Part shown: positions 62,985 through 64,000 of the stretch, piece after piece
Position numbering within the stretch: position 1 is the first letter of the stretch
Layout: each line of letters opens with the position of its first letter
Source of the DNA: a virus
Taxonomy: Duplodnaviria > Heunggongvirae > Uroviricota > Caudoviricetes
IMG/VR virus record: IMGVR_UViG_3300013383_000018
Strand: one strand, 5' to 3'
Length of the DNA: 64,000 bases
Made by a program: the position numbers and the translations under genes
Notes under the pieces: generated by a model
Told to the model about the DNA's origin: nothing
The model's input: the letters and a program-made list of their open reading frames with translations, nothing else
Database searches by the model: none

Positions 62985-63332
62985 TTAGATTGCTGGACTC
63001 TCCCAGCTTGGGTCTTCGACGAAGCCTTTTGCCTTTGCGCTTTCGAATGTGATACCACCAGCAGAATGGTCAGATTTACACAGGTTCAAATAAAATGCGC
63101 ATACCACGCCATGTGCCGACCACGGCAATCCAACCATTGCCCCAATCCACGGCAGCGCTCCGGTATAGTTCCGCTTTACACAATAGAACGCTAAAAGTAA
63201 CCCACCGACTGTAACAATCCACAGAAGGGCGCGGATATCGTCAATCAGCTTTTTTGAAAAAGCGTCCTGTTTGCTTGTGCGTTTTCTCCTTCGCCTTGCT
63301 TGCTGTCTGCTGCCGCTGTATGTAGCCATCAC
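62985..63332 (-). CDS. holin (multi-TM, TcdE/phage-holin-4-like)
   Basis: Charged N-terminus, hydrophobic helices, immediately downstream of the endolysin. Confidence 0.5.
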   Translation of the reverse strand: MMATYSGSRQQARRRRKRTSKQDAFSKKLIDDIRALLWIVTVGGLLLAFYCVKRNYTGALPWIGAMVGLPWSAHGVVCAFYLNLCKSDHSAGGITFESAKAKGFVEDPSWESPAI

Positions 63333-64000
63333 GCTTTACCCATCAGTTTTGCAAAACGATAGAACAAAGCAGCAGCCTGTTCACGGGTAAGCTGGTCAGC
63401 CCAAGCGTAGTTGGGTTCGCCATTCACCTCGGTGCCAGTGCCGTTAATGAGACCGTTGGAGATAGCCCACTCACGAGCTTCCTTGCTCCAAGTGCCGCAG
63501 TCATTGTCCTGCAGCTCCGCACGGTACTCCTTCATCAGTTCCTTGAATGTATCCAGAGTCATATCTTCATCCTCCTCTTTGCCGTCGCTGATTCTCTTCT
63601 TGAACTCTTCCCACTGCTTGTCGCCGCTCGTCTTGTAATAGACGTTCGTGTCGGCGCAGCACCACGGTCTCGGGCAAAGTTTTCCGGTCACATCGTAGTG
63701 ACGGATGACGTGGTCGGCAGGAATGTTGTACTGAGCCATCAGCTTCTTTGTCAGCCATACAAGGTTGTCCACAACCTTCGGCTCGAAATACCAGTCGGTA
63801 TCGGATGCACTGACGCTCTTGCGATTGATTTTTGAGGGGCGTGCCTCAATACCGATGGAGTTGGAATTACGGCACTCAGGGTGCTTGTACTTGTTCGCAC
63901 CACAGTGCCAAGCAATGTCCTTATCGCGGACACAGCGATAGATAGTATCGCCCTCGTCAAGCGCATAATGGGCAGACGCTTGAATCCCCGGTGTCTTGAA
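63329..64000 (-). CDS. N-acetylmuramoyl-L-alanine amidase endolysin (amidase_2/PGRP) plus C-terminal binding domain; N-terminus beyond window
   Basis: The frame continues upstream of the internal GTG. It reads HYALDEGDTIYRCVRDKDIAWHCGANKYKHPECRNSNSIGIE and VIRHYDVTGKLCP, both typical of amidase_2. Confidence 0.8.
   Translation of the reverse strand, partial: FKTPGIQASAHYALDEGDTIYRCVRDKDIAWHCGANKYKHPECRNSNSIGIEARPSKINRKSVSASDTDWYFEPKVVDNLVWLTKKLMAQYNIPADHVIRHYDVTGKLCPRPWCCADTNVYYKTSGDKQWEEFKKRISDGKEEDEDMTLDTFKELMKEYRAELQDNDCGTWSKEAREWAISNGLINGTGTEVNGEPNYAWADQLTREQAAALFYRFAKLMGKA

Overview
The window reads as a contiguous stretch of a large temperate phage from a probably Firmicutes-type host (about 48% GC, Shine-Dalgarno sites, TcdE-like and XhlA-like lysis genes, a SleB-type hydrolase). 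It is dense with replication, nucleotide-metabolism, lysogeny and accessory or counter-defence genes, and contains no virion structural genes in 64 kb. Nearly all genes are on the + strand. Only the CI-type repressor and the terminal ToxN-plus-lysis block are on the - strand.

Main content, in order:
- A strongly expressed operon at the start (220-5000) encodes a beta-grasp ubiquitin-like protein, a JAMM/JAB metalloprotease and a ThiF/MoeB E1-like enzyme.
- A compact reverse transcriptase (5378-6514) sits between 377 bp and 600 bp non-coding arms. These arms carry paralogous structured hairpin elements with compensatory stem changes; a fourth copy lies at about 27.3 kb.
- A cluster of seven canonical tRNA genes and two aberrant tRNA-like elements (7805-9168).
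- An NAD+/ADP-ribose module: PncA-like nicotinamidase, PRPP-synthetase-like enzyme, NAMPT homologue, Macro domain and NadE (with RtcB among them), plus a NADAR protein further on.
- A full tRNA repair toolkit: RtcB, an RNA ligase with an OB domain, a Thg1-like enzyme, CCA-adding enzyme, a metallophosphoesterase and IscS.
- A lysogeny module: LexA/CI-type repressor with operator repeats, a serine recombinase next to a 165-nt tRNA-Leu-like element, and Xis plus a tyrosine integrase with an att-like repeat region.
- A MazF-like toxin.
- A replication block: ERF, a frameshifted SSB, a Cas4-like nuclease, DnaB, DnaG and a DnaE-type polymerase.
- A dNTP-supply block: ThyX-like, dNMP kinase, a nucleotidase-glutaredoxin fusion, NrdD, an NrdG-like protein and dUTPase.
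- A textbook type III toxin-antitoxin locus: sigma70 promoter, 3 x 42-nt repeats, terminator and ToxN/AbiQ-like toxin.
- The 3' end of a lysis cassette: XhlA-like protein, holins and an amidase_2 endolysin that runs off the window.

All functional calls rest on motifs read directly from the translated ORFs. No database search was possible.
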